This document shows positions 1 through 8,740 of a DNA stretch of 64,000 nt, in pieces (positions within the stretch are counted from its first letter, which is position 1; every line of letters begins with the position of its first letter). The notes under the pieces are model-generated. The model did not search any database, was not told the DNA's origin, and worked only from the letters and a program-made list of their open reading frames with translations. The DNA lies in assembly GCA_965249315.1 (NCBI GenBank), contig OZ252225.1:1065951-1129950 (forward strand), in the 5' to 3' direction. Source of the stretch: Dehalococcoidia bacterium (lineage in GTDB: Bacteria; Chloroflexota; Dehalococcoidia; Lucifugimonadales; UBA1127). The translations under genes and the position numbers were made by a program.

Positions 1-1
1 T

Positions 2-77
2 TTTGGAACTGGGGGCACATCCCCCAGAGCGGCTCGCCGCCCCAGAAAGAGGGGAAACCCCTCTGGACTCCCCCCCT
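2..77 (+). repeat. Dispersed intergenic repeat, type-1 unit, copy A
   Basis: Roughly 80% identical over ~75 nt to 27245-27318 (TTTGG.AACT.GGGG.ACATCCCCCAGAGCGGCTC.CCGCCCCA...). It lies in non-coding DNA upstream of ispH. Confidence 0.65.
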
Positions 78-235
78 GTCAGGGGGACCCGCAGGCGGCA
101 GAGCTACTCTAGTCGACGGCGTCAGATGCGATGCGCCGCTGGAGGCAGGGGAACGTCGAGGAGCACTTGCGGGGGTTGGGAGGTTGAGGGTCGGCTTCGC
201 CGTGGTGTACCATCTCGGCGGAGGCATACCCCATC

Positions 236-1141
236 ATGGAAGTCTTACTCGGCTCGCCCCGAGGGTTCTGCGCCGGCGTGGTGCGGGCCATCGAAATCGT
301 GGAGCTTGCGCTGGAGCGATTCGGCAAGCCCGTCTACGTGCGTCACGAGATCGTGCACAACCCGTTCGTCGTGGAGGACCTGCGACAGAAGGGGGCCATC
401 TTCGTCGACGAGATCGCGGAGGTGCCCGACGACCAGCTGGTCATCTTCAGCGCCCACGGCGTTTCGCCCACGGTGCGTCAGCAGGCGGAAAACCGGGGAC
501 TGCAGGTCATCGACGCGACATGCCCGTTGGTGACCAAGGTCCACCTGGAGGCGCTGAAGTACAGCCGGGAAGGGTACACCATCATCCTGGTTGGTCACCG
601 GGACCACCCGGAGACCATCGGGACGTCCGGCGAAGTGCCCGATCGCACGATTGTGGTGGAGACGGCGGAGGAGGCGGCAGCCGTCGAGGTCCCGGACCCG
701 GACCGGGTGGCGGTGCTTACGCAAACGACCCTCAGCATGGACGACACGAAAGAGGTGGTGGATGCGCTGCGCAAGCGCTTCCCCAACTTGCTGGCCCGCA
801 ACGACATCTGCTACGCAACGACGAACCGGCAGCTTGCGGCCAAGGCCCTGGCGACGGAGGTTGACGTGGTGCTGGTCATCGGCGCCCGCAACAGCTCGAA
901 CTGCAACCGGCTGCGGGAGGTGGTACAGGCCGCAGGCGTGGACGCCTACCTGGTCAACGGGCCGGAGGAGGTCACCCCGCAGCAGGTGGACGGCGCGGGG
1001 CGCATCGGCATAGTCTCCGGCGCGTCCACGCCCGAGTCGCTGGTGGAGGCGGTTATCGCCAAGCTGCGCCCGGACCAGGTGGTGCCCGTGGAGGTGGTGG
1101 AGGAAGACGTCACGTTCGTCCTTCCCCGGGAGCTGCGGTAG
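236..1141 (+). CDS. ispH: 4-hydroxy-3-methylbut-2-enyl diphosphate reductase (IspH/LytB)
   Basis: 301-aa ORF. Motifs GFCAGVVRAIEIV, FSAHGVSP, ATCPLVTKVH and NSSNCNRL are typical of the 4Fe-4S LytB family along the full length. Confidence 0.9.
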   Translation: MEVLLGSPRGFCAGVVRAIEIVELALERFGKPVYVRHEIVHNPFVVEDLRQKGAIFVDEIAEVPDDQLVIFSAHGVSPTVRQQAENRGLQVIDATCPLVTKVHLEALKYSREGYTIILVGHRDHPETIGTSGEVPDRTIVVETAEEAAAVEVPDPDRVAVLTQTTLSMDDTKEVVDALRKRFPNLLARNDICYATTNRQLAAKALATEVDVVLVIGARNSSNCNRLREVVQAAGVDAYLVNGPEEVTPQQVDGAGRIGIVSGASTPESLVEAVIAKLRPDQVVPVEVVEEDVTFVLPRELR

Positions 1142-1193
1142 GGGAGGTCCGGCGTGGCGGCGACTCGTTCGAAATACGAGGGGGGAAGTTGAC

Positions 1194-1589
1194 GTGCTGA
1201 CGAAGGACTGGCAACCGCTTACGGATCTCTATCCTGCCTTACGAGAACCACAAAGCTACGAATTCCAATTTCCCGACGGAACACTCCACCGACCCAGGAA
1301 GTGGAAATACCTCATGAGGGACGTTGTGAAATGGCTGTGCGACAATGACCACCTATGGGAACGTCATTGTCCTATCCAGTGGCCCAACGCTCACTTCAGA
1401 TACTTAGTACACTTCGAACCGTACCACTCCAACGGTGAGCGTTTCAGTGACTGCGAGGAAGCTGGGCCGGCCTATATTGAGACGAAGGATACCAACGGTC
1501 GATTAGTGGACAACACACGATTCATAATCGAGGAAAGGGCTCCCCATCTACTCAACAGTTTCAAGTTCAGAAAGCAGCGTGGGATCTAG
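1194..1589 (+). CDS. Orphan hypothetical protein in a low-GC patch (possibly a 3' fragment of a larger foreign gene)
   Basis: 131-aa ORF with a GTG start preceded by GAGGGGGGAAG. Its GC content is clearly lower than the flanks. I recognise no family motif. Confidence 0.4.
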   Translation: MLTKDWQPLTDLYPALREPQSYEFQFPDGTLHRPRKWKYLMRDVVKWLCDNDHLWERHCPIQWPNAHFRYLVHFEPYHSNGERFSDCEEAGPAYIETKDTNGRLVDNTRFIIEERAPHLLNSFKFRKQRGI

Positions 1590-1773
1590 CTAGCAAATCT
1601 GATCCAAGGGCAAGAAGGTGCCTCTTGGCCCTCCATTATCTTCTGTAGCGCGGAGAACGGAGGCGCCGGCATGACGACGCCAGCCAGCTGCGTGGAGCTT
1701 AACGCTTGGATTCAACCTAGAGAGGCTCGGCGCCAAATCAGAACGGGGCTGGACTTGAAAGGAGCACGGAAGC

Positions 1774-1975
1774 ATATCGGCATTTGTCATAGTCGATGTA
1801 GAGATAACGGATGCGAGTCTCTATGGACAGTTCTTCGCGGGAGTGACGAGTCCTGTCGAGGCTCACGGCGGCAAGTTCGTGGCGCGCGGCGGCACTCTGG
1901 AGATCATACTGGGTGACTGGACGCCCAAGCGCATCGCCATTCTTGAATTCGACAACCTCCAGCAGATACGGCTGC
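1774..1975 (+). pseudogene. DUF1330-like gene remnant (ATA at the start-codon position, 3' end lost)
   Basis: The translation SAFVIVDVEITDASLYGQFFAGVTSPVEAHGGKFVARGGTLEIILGDWTPKRIAILEFDNLQQ resembles DUF1330 proteins. The SD AAGGAG (1756-1761) is followed by ATA (1774-1776) instead of ATG. The similarity ends around 1960-2000. Confidence 0.5.
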
Positions 1976-2255
1976 GCTGCTGGACCGTTCCGGGGGGGTC
2001 ATCGCCAGCCCATACGTCCATCGCACGGCCAGTGGGTATGCCAGCCTTGACCTCGCCGCGCCCGCCTACAACATCGAGGCGCAGGACTGGTTCGCCGCGC
2101 CCCTCGCCGAGAACGGGAGCATCTGGACGGAGCCGTACTTCGATGAAGGGGGCGGCGATATCTGGATGGTCACACGCTCGGTGCTTGTGCGCGATGCGGA
2201 GGGCGTTTTCGCCATCGTAACCACCGACCTGGCCGTGGACGCCCCAACCCCGTAG
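1976..2255 (+). pseudogene. Cache-type extracellular sensor domain fragment (no start codon)
   Basis: A different frame, open 1947-2255 and ending at TAG 2253-2255, encodes ...NIEAQDWFAAPLAENGSIWTEPYFDEGGGDIWMVTRSVLVRDAEGVFAIVTTDLAVD. This matches the WY...PY.D..G..m.T...Pv....G...GV...D pattern of Cache domains. No N-terminal part or output domain is present. Confidence 0.5.
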
Positions 2256-2344
2256 CAGCAGCGCCGTCCGGGTGGGCGCCGGAACAGCGATGTAGGCTGG
2301 GCTCTTCCCATTGGGCGGACACGCCGGTATTCTGGGCGCAACCC

Positions 2345-5269
2345 GTGATCGGGGGCATCCACGTGACGAGCAGCCGGCTACACCAGGACTTGGCCCAGGA
2401 GTTGCGACGCCTCACGAGGGGCGAAGTCCGCTTCGACGCGTACAGCCGCGCCCTCTACAACACAGACGCCTCGCTGTACCAGATGGAGCCCATCGGCGTG
2501 GTGGCGCCCCTGGACGCCGAGGACGTAGCCGCGACGGTCCGGCTGGCACACTACGCAGGGACGCCGGTGCTCCCGCGCGGTGGCGGCACGTCCCTGGCGG
2601 GCCAGACGGTGAACCACGCCGTTGTGCTTGACACTTCCAAGTACATGCGGGAGCTCTGGGAGGTGAACGCGGAGGAGGAATGGGCCTGGGTTGGGCCGGG
2701 CCTGGTACTGGACGAGCTCAACCACCTGGTTGCGCCCCACGGCCTGAAGTTCGCTCCGGACCCTTCGACGGTCAACCGGGCCACCGTGGGCGGGGCCATC
2801 GGGAACAACTCGTGCGGAGCCCGCTCCATCCGCTACGGGAAGACGCTGGACCATGTTCTGGAGCTGGAGGTTGTGCTCTCGGACGGCACCAGGACGATGC
2901 TGGGCCCAGCGGACCCGGAGAGGCCCGACGTCCGGGTGGGGGCGTCCGGGCTGGACATCGCGATCCATCGCGGGGCGCCGGAGATCGCCGCTGCGCACCG
3001 GGAGGAGATCGCTCGGCGCTTCCCTCGAATCGAACGCCGGGTGTCCGGGTACAACCTGGACGAGCTGCTGAATGAGCCACTGGACCTCTCCCGGGTGATC
3101 GTGGGCTCGGAGGGGACGCTGGCGGTGGTGACGGCGGCCAAGGTGCGGCTGGTGCCCCAGCCCAAGGCAGCGGCCCTGGCAGTGCTCCACTTCTCGTCGG
3201 TGGTGGAGGCGATGGAGGCCACGGTGGCGCTGCTGGAGGCGGACGTCTCCGCCGTGGAGCTGGTGGACAAGAACATCCTGGATGCGGCGCGAGGCCACCT
3301 GGAATTGGCGCGTCGCATGGGGTTCGTGGAGGGGGACCCGGCCGCGGTGCTGCTGGTGGAGGCCACGGGCGATTCGCCCGAGGAGGCGCGGGCCGCCCTG
3401 ACCCGGGCGCGGGAGCTGGTGAAACGCCGAGGCGGCGGGGGGGCGGTTGTGACCGTCGAGGCGGGCGCTGCGCAGGCCGACGTGTGGGCCGTCCGGCGCT
3501 CTGGGCTGGGGCTGCTGATGGGCGTGCGGGGCGACGCCAAGCCACTGCCGTTCGTGGAGGACACGGCGGTCTCGCCGGAGAAGCTGCCGGAGTACGTGCG
3601 CCGCTTCGAGGAAATCGTCCAAGCCAACGGGACGACTGCCGCCTACTACGGCCATGCCGCGGCGGGTTGCCTGCACATCCGCCCGCTGGTGAACGTGAAG
3701 GAGGCGGCGGGAGTCGAGCGGATGGTGCGCATTGCGGAGGAGGTGGCGGACCTGGTGTTGGAGTTCGGGGGCGCGCTGTCCGGCGAGCACGGGGACGGCA
3801 TTGTGCGCGGGGGCTTCACAGAGAAGATGTTCGGGCCGGAGCTGTACCAGGCCTTCCGCGATCTGAAGCGTCTGTTCGACCCGCGGGGCATCCTCAACCC
3901 CGGCAAGATCGTGGACTCTCCGCCGATGACCGAGAACCTGCGCATCGGCCCGGCGTACCGGCCCCTAGAGGTGGAGACGACGCTGGACTTCTCCCGGGAG
4001 CTGGGCTTCGCCGCTGCGGTGGAACAGTGCAACGGGCAGGGGGCGTGCCGCAAGACACAGGGGGGCGCCATGTGTCCGTCCTACATGGCGACACGGGAGG
4101 AGGAGCACTCGACGCGGGGCAGGGCCAACGCGCTGCGGGCCGTGCTCTCCGGCGTGCTGCCGGCCTCGGAGTTCACGAGCCGCCGCATGCACGACGTGCT
4201 GGACCTGTGCCTGGAGTGCAAGGCGTGCAAGGCGGAGTGCCCCTCGGGCGTGGACATGGCCAAGATCAAGTACGAGTTCCTGGGCCACTACTATCGCAAC
4301 CGACGGCCGCCGCTGCGCGCCCGCCTGTTCGCCAACGTGGCCCGGCTGAACCGCATCGGGTGCCGCCTCGCGCCGCTGTCGAACTGGGCGATGGCCTCGC
4401 CGCCGGCGCGCTGGGTCCTGTCCCGGCTGGGAGTGCACCCGAAGCGACGACTCCCTGCCTTCGCTCGCAAGACGTTCTCCTCCTGGTTCAAGAAGCATAC
4501 CCCCCACGACCGGGCAGGGACGCGGGGGATGGTCCTCCTCTTCCACGACACCTATACGGAGGGCAACTACCCCGGCGTGGGCGCGGCCGCGACTCGGCTG
4601 CTGGAACAGGCCGGGTTCGAGGTGACCCTGGCCCCGCGCTGGTGCTGCGGCAGGCCCATGGTGTCCAAGGGCCTGCTGGAGCAGGCGCGGGAGCACGCCC
4701 GCCACAACGTGGAGCTCCTGCACTCCTTCGTCGCCGTGGGGACGCCCATCGTGGGTATCGAGCCATCCTGCCTGCTGACGCTTCGGGACGAGTACCCGGA
4801 CCTGCTGCCGGGGAACCAGGAGGCCCAGGCCGTGGCAGCCAACAGCTTCCTGCTGGACGAGTTCCTCTCGAAGACGGTGGAGGAGGGAAACCTGGACCTG
4901 GAGCTGCAGCCTCGCCCCGGCAGAGTGCTGCTCCACGGCCACTGCCACCAGAAGGCTATGACGGGGCTTGGACCCGCCCTCCGGCTGCTGCGGCAGGTGC
5001 CGGAGGCGGAGGTGGAGGCGCTGGACGCGGGCTGCTGCGGCATGGCCGGGGCCTTTGGCTTCGAGCGGGAGCACTACGAGGTGTCGATGCAGATCGGAGA
5101 GCGTGCCCTCTTCCCGGCGGTGCGCCGCAGCCCCGATGCAACGGTGGTCGTCACAGGGGTCTCCTGCCGACAGCAGGTGGAGCACGGCACCGGCGTTCGG
5201 CCGCTGCACCTTGCGGAGTTCCTGGCAAGTGCGCTGCCCGCCGGGGAGGCACACCCACCCACCCGATAA
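2345..5269 (+). CDS. FAD-linked oxidase fused to an Fe-S/CCG-domain oxidoreductase (GlcD-GlcF-like)
   Basis: 974 aa. The N-terminus has a FAD-binding PCMH domain (PRGGGTSLAGQ). The middle has two ferredoxin-like Cys clusters (CNGQGACRKTQGGAMCP; CLECKACKAECP). The C-terminus has Cys-rich CCG-type repeats (WCCGRP, AGCCGMAG). Confidence 0.85.
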   Translation: MIGGIHVTSSRLHQDLAQELRRLTRGEVRFDAYSRALYNTDASLYQMEPIGVVAPLDAEDVAATVRLAHYAGTPVLPRGGGTSLAGQTVNHAVVLDTSKYMRELWEVNAEEEWAWVGPGLVLDELNHLVAPHGLKFAPDPSTVNRATVGGAIGNNSCGARSIRYGKTLDHVLELEVVLSDGTRTMLGPADPERPDVRVGASGLDIAIHRGAPEIAAAHREEIARRFPRIERRVSGYNLDELLNEPLDLSRVIVGSEGTLAVVTAAKVRLVPQPKAAALAVLHFSSVVEAMEATVALLEADVSAVELVDKNILDAARGHLELARRMGFVEGDPAAVLLVEATGDSPEEARAALTRARELVKRRGGGGAVVTVEAGAAQADVWAVRRSGLGLLMGVRGDAKPLPFVEDTAVSPEKLPEYVRRFEEIVQANGTTAAYYGHAAAGCLHIRPLVNVKEAAGVERMVRIAEEVADLVLEFGGALSGEHGDGIVRGGFTEKMFGPELYQAFRDLKRLFDPRGILNPGKIVDSPPMTENLRIGPAYRPLEVETTLDFSRELGFAAAVEQCNGQGACRKTQGGAMCPSYMATREEEHSTRGRANALRAVLSGVLPASEFTSRRMHDVLDLCLECKACKAECPSGVDMAKIKYEFLGHYYRNRRPPLRARLFANVARLNRIGCRLAPLSNWAMASPPARWVLSRLGVHPKRRLPAFARKTFSSWFKKHTPHDRAGTRGMVLLFHDTYTEGNYPGVGAAATRLLEQAGFEVTLAPRWCCGRPMVSKGLLEQAREHARHNVELLHSFVAVGTPIVGIEPSCLLTLRDEYPDLLPGNQEAQAVAANSFLLDEFLSKTVEEGNLDLELQPRPGRVLLHGHCHQKAMTGLGPALRLLRQVPEAEVEALDAGCCGMAGAFGFEREHYEVSMQIGERALFPAVRRSPDATVVVTGVSCRQQVEHGTGVRPLHLAEFLASALPAGEAHPPTR

Positions 5270-5322
5270 CTCTCTCCGGGGGGCTCGTCCCTCCCCCGCC
5301 GGAGACTGGCCCCATTCACCCC

Positions 5323-5350
5323 TTGCCACGGAAGCCGGAAGGTTTACAAT
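5323..5350 (+). promoter_or_regulatory. Sigma-70-like promoter upstream of the FtsX/ABC module
   Basis: TTGCCA (5323-5328), a 16-nt spacer, then TACAAT (5345-5350), about 90 nt upstream of the GTG start at 5443. Confidence 0.4.
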
Positions 5351-5442
5351 ACCGGACAGCCCCGAAGCGCGTTCGTAGGGTAACCCTGCGGGTTGAACCA
5401 GCGCGCCCAGAGCAACTTGTACGAGGAGATGAGTAGAGCCCC

Positions 5443-8400
5443 GTGAAATCCTTCCGTCTGATGGCTTGGCTGGCGGTCCGGCGGCTCCGGGTGTCGCCGG
5501 GACTTCTCCTGGCCTCAAGCCTCGGGGTGCTGCTGGCCGTGACCATGGTTGCGGCCACGGTGATCCACTCGAACACCATAGCGCAGGCCGGGCTGAGCTA
5601 CGCCCTGGGCCGCAACATATCCCAGGATGCGCTGAACTTCCACATCCTCGTTCCCGAACGGCCCTTGGGTGCGGCGGACTATGCGCGCCTGAACACGTCC
5701 GTCAGCGGCTCGATTGAGAGTCACCTGGGCTGGTTGCAGGAGTCCGGGCACCGCCTGGGCCGCTCGCCCGTCTTCTCGTCGACGCCAGGCCCGGAGGGCA
5801 GCGGGCCGATGCTCGTGGGCGCGGACGGCTATATCTACTTCCAGGAGGCGTTCCAGGAGCACGCCCGCCTGGTGGACGGCCGTTGGCCTGAGGGGGTGGC
5901 TTCGGAAGACGCCGAGGGCGCCCTGCACGTCGAGGCCGTCGTGGGGCTAGACGTTGCGTCCCGGGGACTGAGGCTCGGGACGGGAAGCAAGGCGTTCCTC
6001 GCTCCGTTGGGACCGGGCGCAGACGACAGGATCGTGGTGGAGGTCGTGGGGGTGGTGGAGCCGTCGAACCCGGAGGACCACTACTGGTTCGGGGACTTGT
6101 CGCGGTTCCGAGTGGAGACGGACGGCGTCAGCGTGTTCGTCCCGTTCTACGTATCCGAGCAGGCCTTCTTCGAGGGCGCCGGCAGGCGGTATCCCATGCT
6201 GCTGGGCTCCTACAGCTGGTACGTCGACCTGGACCTGGGGGCGCTGCGCCCCGAGTCCATCGGGCGGATCGAGCGAGCCCGCGAGGCGCTGGAGTCGGAG
6301 CTCAACCAGACGTTCCCCCGCACCCTGGCGCTGAGCGCCCTGGGCGGAGTCATCGAGGACTACCAGCGAGACCTGGCCTTTGCCCGAGTGCCCCTGTTCC
6401 TGTTCGCCACGCTGGTGGCGGGAGTAGTCCTCTACTACCTGGTGCTGGTTGTCCACTTCCTGGCCCAGAGCCGGGGGCCTGAGATTGGCCTGCTTCGCGG
6501 CCGGGGCGCCAGCAGGCTCCAGATCGGCGCGCTGCTGGGGCTGGCGGAGGGGCTGCTGGTGGCGCTCCCAGGCGCCGTGGGCGGTCCCCTTCTGGGGTGG
6601 GCCATAGCGCGAATTCTGCCCGCGGGAGACCCGGGGCTGGTCACCGTCTCCGTGCCGCTCACGGCAACGCCCTTCATCGTGGGCGCGGTCGGCGCCCTGG
6701 TGACCGCCGTGCTGTTCCTGGTCTTCAACTCTTGGACCAGCGGGCAGAAGATCATCAGCCTCCTGTGGGAGCGGGGGCGATCCGCTGAGGGAGAGGGCCG
6801 CCTCCGGTACGCCATCGACCTGATGGTGCTGAGCGCCGTTGGACTGGTGTGGTGGCAGATCCAGGGTCGCGGCGGGTTCCTGGCGGAGGAGCTCCTCGGT
6901 GAGGGGCTGGAAATCGACCTCTCGCTTCTCCTAGGACCAGTCCTGGCCCTGGTGGCGGCAGGTATCATCCTCGTCCGAGTACTGCCCATCATCCTACGAC
7001 TCTTGGGAGCGGCCCTGGGCATGCTCCACTGGCCGTGGCTGGGCCACGCTCTGACCCGCCTGGCCCGCAACGCTCTGTCGTGGAGCGCGCTGGCCGTGCT
7101 CCTTGCGGTGGCCACCGCCCTGGCCATCTTCGGGGCCACCCTGAACACGAGCCTGGCCGATAGCCGGGCGAGCCAGGCCCGCTACGCTGTAGGGGGCGAC
7201 GTGGTGGTGGCCAACTGGAAGTCCCTGGGCATTCCCCTTTCGCCGGAGGAGCAGCGGGAGCTACTCATAGAGGCCCCAGGGGTGGAGGAGTTGACGCCGG
7301 TTCTCCGAGGGTCGATGGCCCTGGGAGGCCCGTCCGGCAACGTCGACGTCTCTCTCGTGGCCATGGACCCTGATGCGGCACAGCAAGCCATGTGGTTCCG
7401 CGAGGACTTTGCGGACACCACCCTCGACGAGCTGTTTCGGCCCCTGCGCGGCCCGGCCCGGCCCCAGGAAGGGGTCGCCCTGCCGGCGGCGGCCCAGTCC
7501 GTGGGCGTGTGGGTCAACCTGCCGGAGGGCATCCCCTTCCACAACCTGTGGGCCACGGTGCGAGACACAAAGGGGCTCACGGAGAACGTCCAGCTAGGAG
7601 AGCTCCACGCTTCGGGCTGGTCCTACCTGGAGGGGCCCGTTCCAGTGAAGGCCCACCTGACGCCTCCCTACAGTCTGCATGCGATCTTCATCAGCGGGCC
7701 GCAGTTCTCTTCCACGGCCTTCAGCGCGGGCACCATGGCGCTGGACGACGTGACGGTGCGGGTGGGGGAGGAGCTCCGGGTGGTGGAGAGCTTCGACAAC
7801 GACCTGGGCGCGTGGAGGCCCATGCCGCACTTGGACGACGTGCCGGACGTGGTGTCCCTCTCTCCCGACGCTGCGCACTCGGGCACCCTGGGAGCTCTCT
7901 TCATTTGGGAGCGCGCCATAGGGGGAGAGCTTCGGGGGATCTTTGCGGCGCCCGGGCCGCTCCCACTGCCTGCAGTGGGCAGCTCCGCCTTCACGCCGGG
8001 CCAGGTGCTCGTGGGGCAGGTGGCCGGCGGCTCGGTGCCGGTGGTTGTCCGCTCCACCTTCACCCACTTCCCCACCCTCTATCCCGGGGACGGGCCTTTC
8101 CTCATCGTCAACGAAGACCACCTCCGCGAATACCGGAGGAGCCTGCCGCAAGGAGCGCCCCTGGAAGCGGAGGAGTTCTGGCTGGCCTTGGGGCCTGGAG
8201 CGGACCGCGCAGGCACCGTGGCAGCCCTGGAGGAGAGCACGAGAGGCCTGGCCAGGGTGCGAGACCAGGAGGCGGAGGCCCGGCTTGCCCTGGGGAACCC
8301 CCTGTCGGGTGCAGGCCTGGGAGGGGTGGCCTGGCTGGCCCTGGGCACATTGAGCGGGGTAGCCGTGCTGGGCCTTCTCCTGTATGCTGGCCTAGCGGCC

Positions 8401-8736
8401 CGGCGCTCGCGCATGGAGATGGGGCTTCTGTGGGCCTTGGGGCTGTCCCGCAGGCAGGTGGGAGTTGTGCTGGCGTTGGAGGAGCTCCTCCTCGCGGTGG
8501 TGGGGCTCGCAGTTGGCGCTGCGCTGGGGACCGCATTGGGAGGCTGGAGCCTGCAATACCTGGACGTCACGAGCGGAGGCCAGACGCTGACGCCTCCGAT
8601 AGACGTCATCGTGGACAAGGTAGTGGCGACCCTGGCTTACGCGGGCGTGGCAGCGGCGGCGGTCCTAGCTACCCTACTGGTCCTCCTTCTGTTCAGGCGA
8701 ACCCACATCCACGAGGCCCTACGAGCGGAGGAGTAG
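5443..8736 (+). CDS. Giant ABC transporter permease with two FtsX-type modules (MacB/YbbP-like), paralog 1
   Basis: 1097 aa with about 10 hydrophobic helices. These form two 4-TM FtsX-like units, each preceded by a large non-hydrophobic (extracytoplasmic) domain, plus a central helix pair. It is paralogous to the next ORF. Confidence 0.8.
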   Translation: MKSFRLMAWLAVRRLRVSPGLLLASSLGVLLAVTMVAATVIHSNTIAQAGLSYALGRNISQDALNFHILVPERPLGAADYARLNTSVSGSIESHLGWLQESGHRLGRSPVFSSTPGPEGSGPMLVGADGYIYFQEAFQEHARLVDGRWPEGVASEDAEGALHVEAVVGLDVASRGLRLGTGSKAFLAPLGPGADDRIVVEVVGVVEPSNPEDHYWFGDLSRFRVETDGVSVFVPFYVSEQAFFEGAGRRYPMLLGSYSWYVDLDLGALRPESIGRIERAREALESELNQTFPRTLALSALGGVIEDYQRDLAFARVPLFLFATLVAGVVLYYLVLVVHFLAQSRGPEIGLLRGRGASRLQIGALLGLAEGLLVALPGAVGGPLLGWAIARILPAGDPGLVTVSVPLTATPFIVGAVGALVTAVLFLVFNSWTSGQKIISLLWERGRSAEGEGRLRYAIDLMVLSAVGLVWWQIQGRGGFLAEELLGEGLEIDLSLLLGPVLALVAAGIILVRVLPIILRLLGAALGMLHWPWLGHALTRLARNALSWSALAVLLAVATALAIFGATLNTSLADSRASQARYAVGGDVVVANWKSLGIPLSPEEQRELLIEAPGVEELTPVLRGSMALGGPSGNVDVSLVAMDPDAAQQAMWFREDFADTTLDELFRPLRGPARPQEGVALPAAAQSVGVWVNLPEGIPFHNLWATVRDTKGLTENVQLGELHASGWSYLEGPVPVKAHLTPPYSLHAIFISGPQFSSTAFSAGTMALDDVTVRVGEELRVVESFDNDLGAWRPMPHLDDVPDVVSLSPDAAHSGTLGALFIWERAIGGELRGIFAAPGPLPLPAVGSSAFTPGQVLVGQVAGGSVPVVVRSTFTHFPTLYPGDGPFLIVNEDHLREYRRSLPQGAPLEAEEFWLALGPGADRAGTVAALEESTRGLARVRDQEAEARLALGNPLSGAGLGGVAWLALGTLSGVAVLGLLLYAGLAARRSRMEMGLLWALGLSRRQVGVVLALEELLLAVVGLAVGAALGTALGGWSLQYLDVTSGGQTLTPPIDVIVDKVVATLAYAGVAAAAVLATLLVLLLFRRTHIHEALRAEE

Positions 8737-8740
8737 CGCG

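Noticed and set aside
1843-2220. 125-aa ORF that looks like an intact small gene.
   Set aside because: It is a chimera. It starts inside the DUF1330-like frame and runs out of frame across the Cache-domain fragment, and the second half is Pro/Arg/Ser-rich nonsense.
2378-3790. Long antisense or alternative-frame ORFs overlapping real genes. Examples: 2378..3790 (-), 3484..5436 (+), 3965..5518 (-), 25267..26661 (-), 29193..30941 (-), 34503..35999 (+), 58953..60212 (-), 60749..61870 (-).
   Set aside because: Their translations are Arg/Pro/Gly/Ala-rich low-complexity strings typical of stop-codon-poor off-frames in high-GC DNA. Each overlaps a gene with clear family motifs on the other strand or in another frame.
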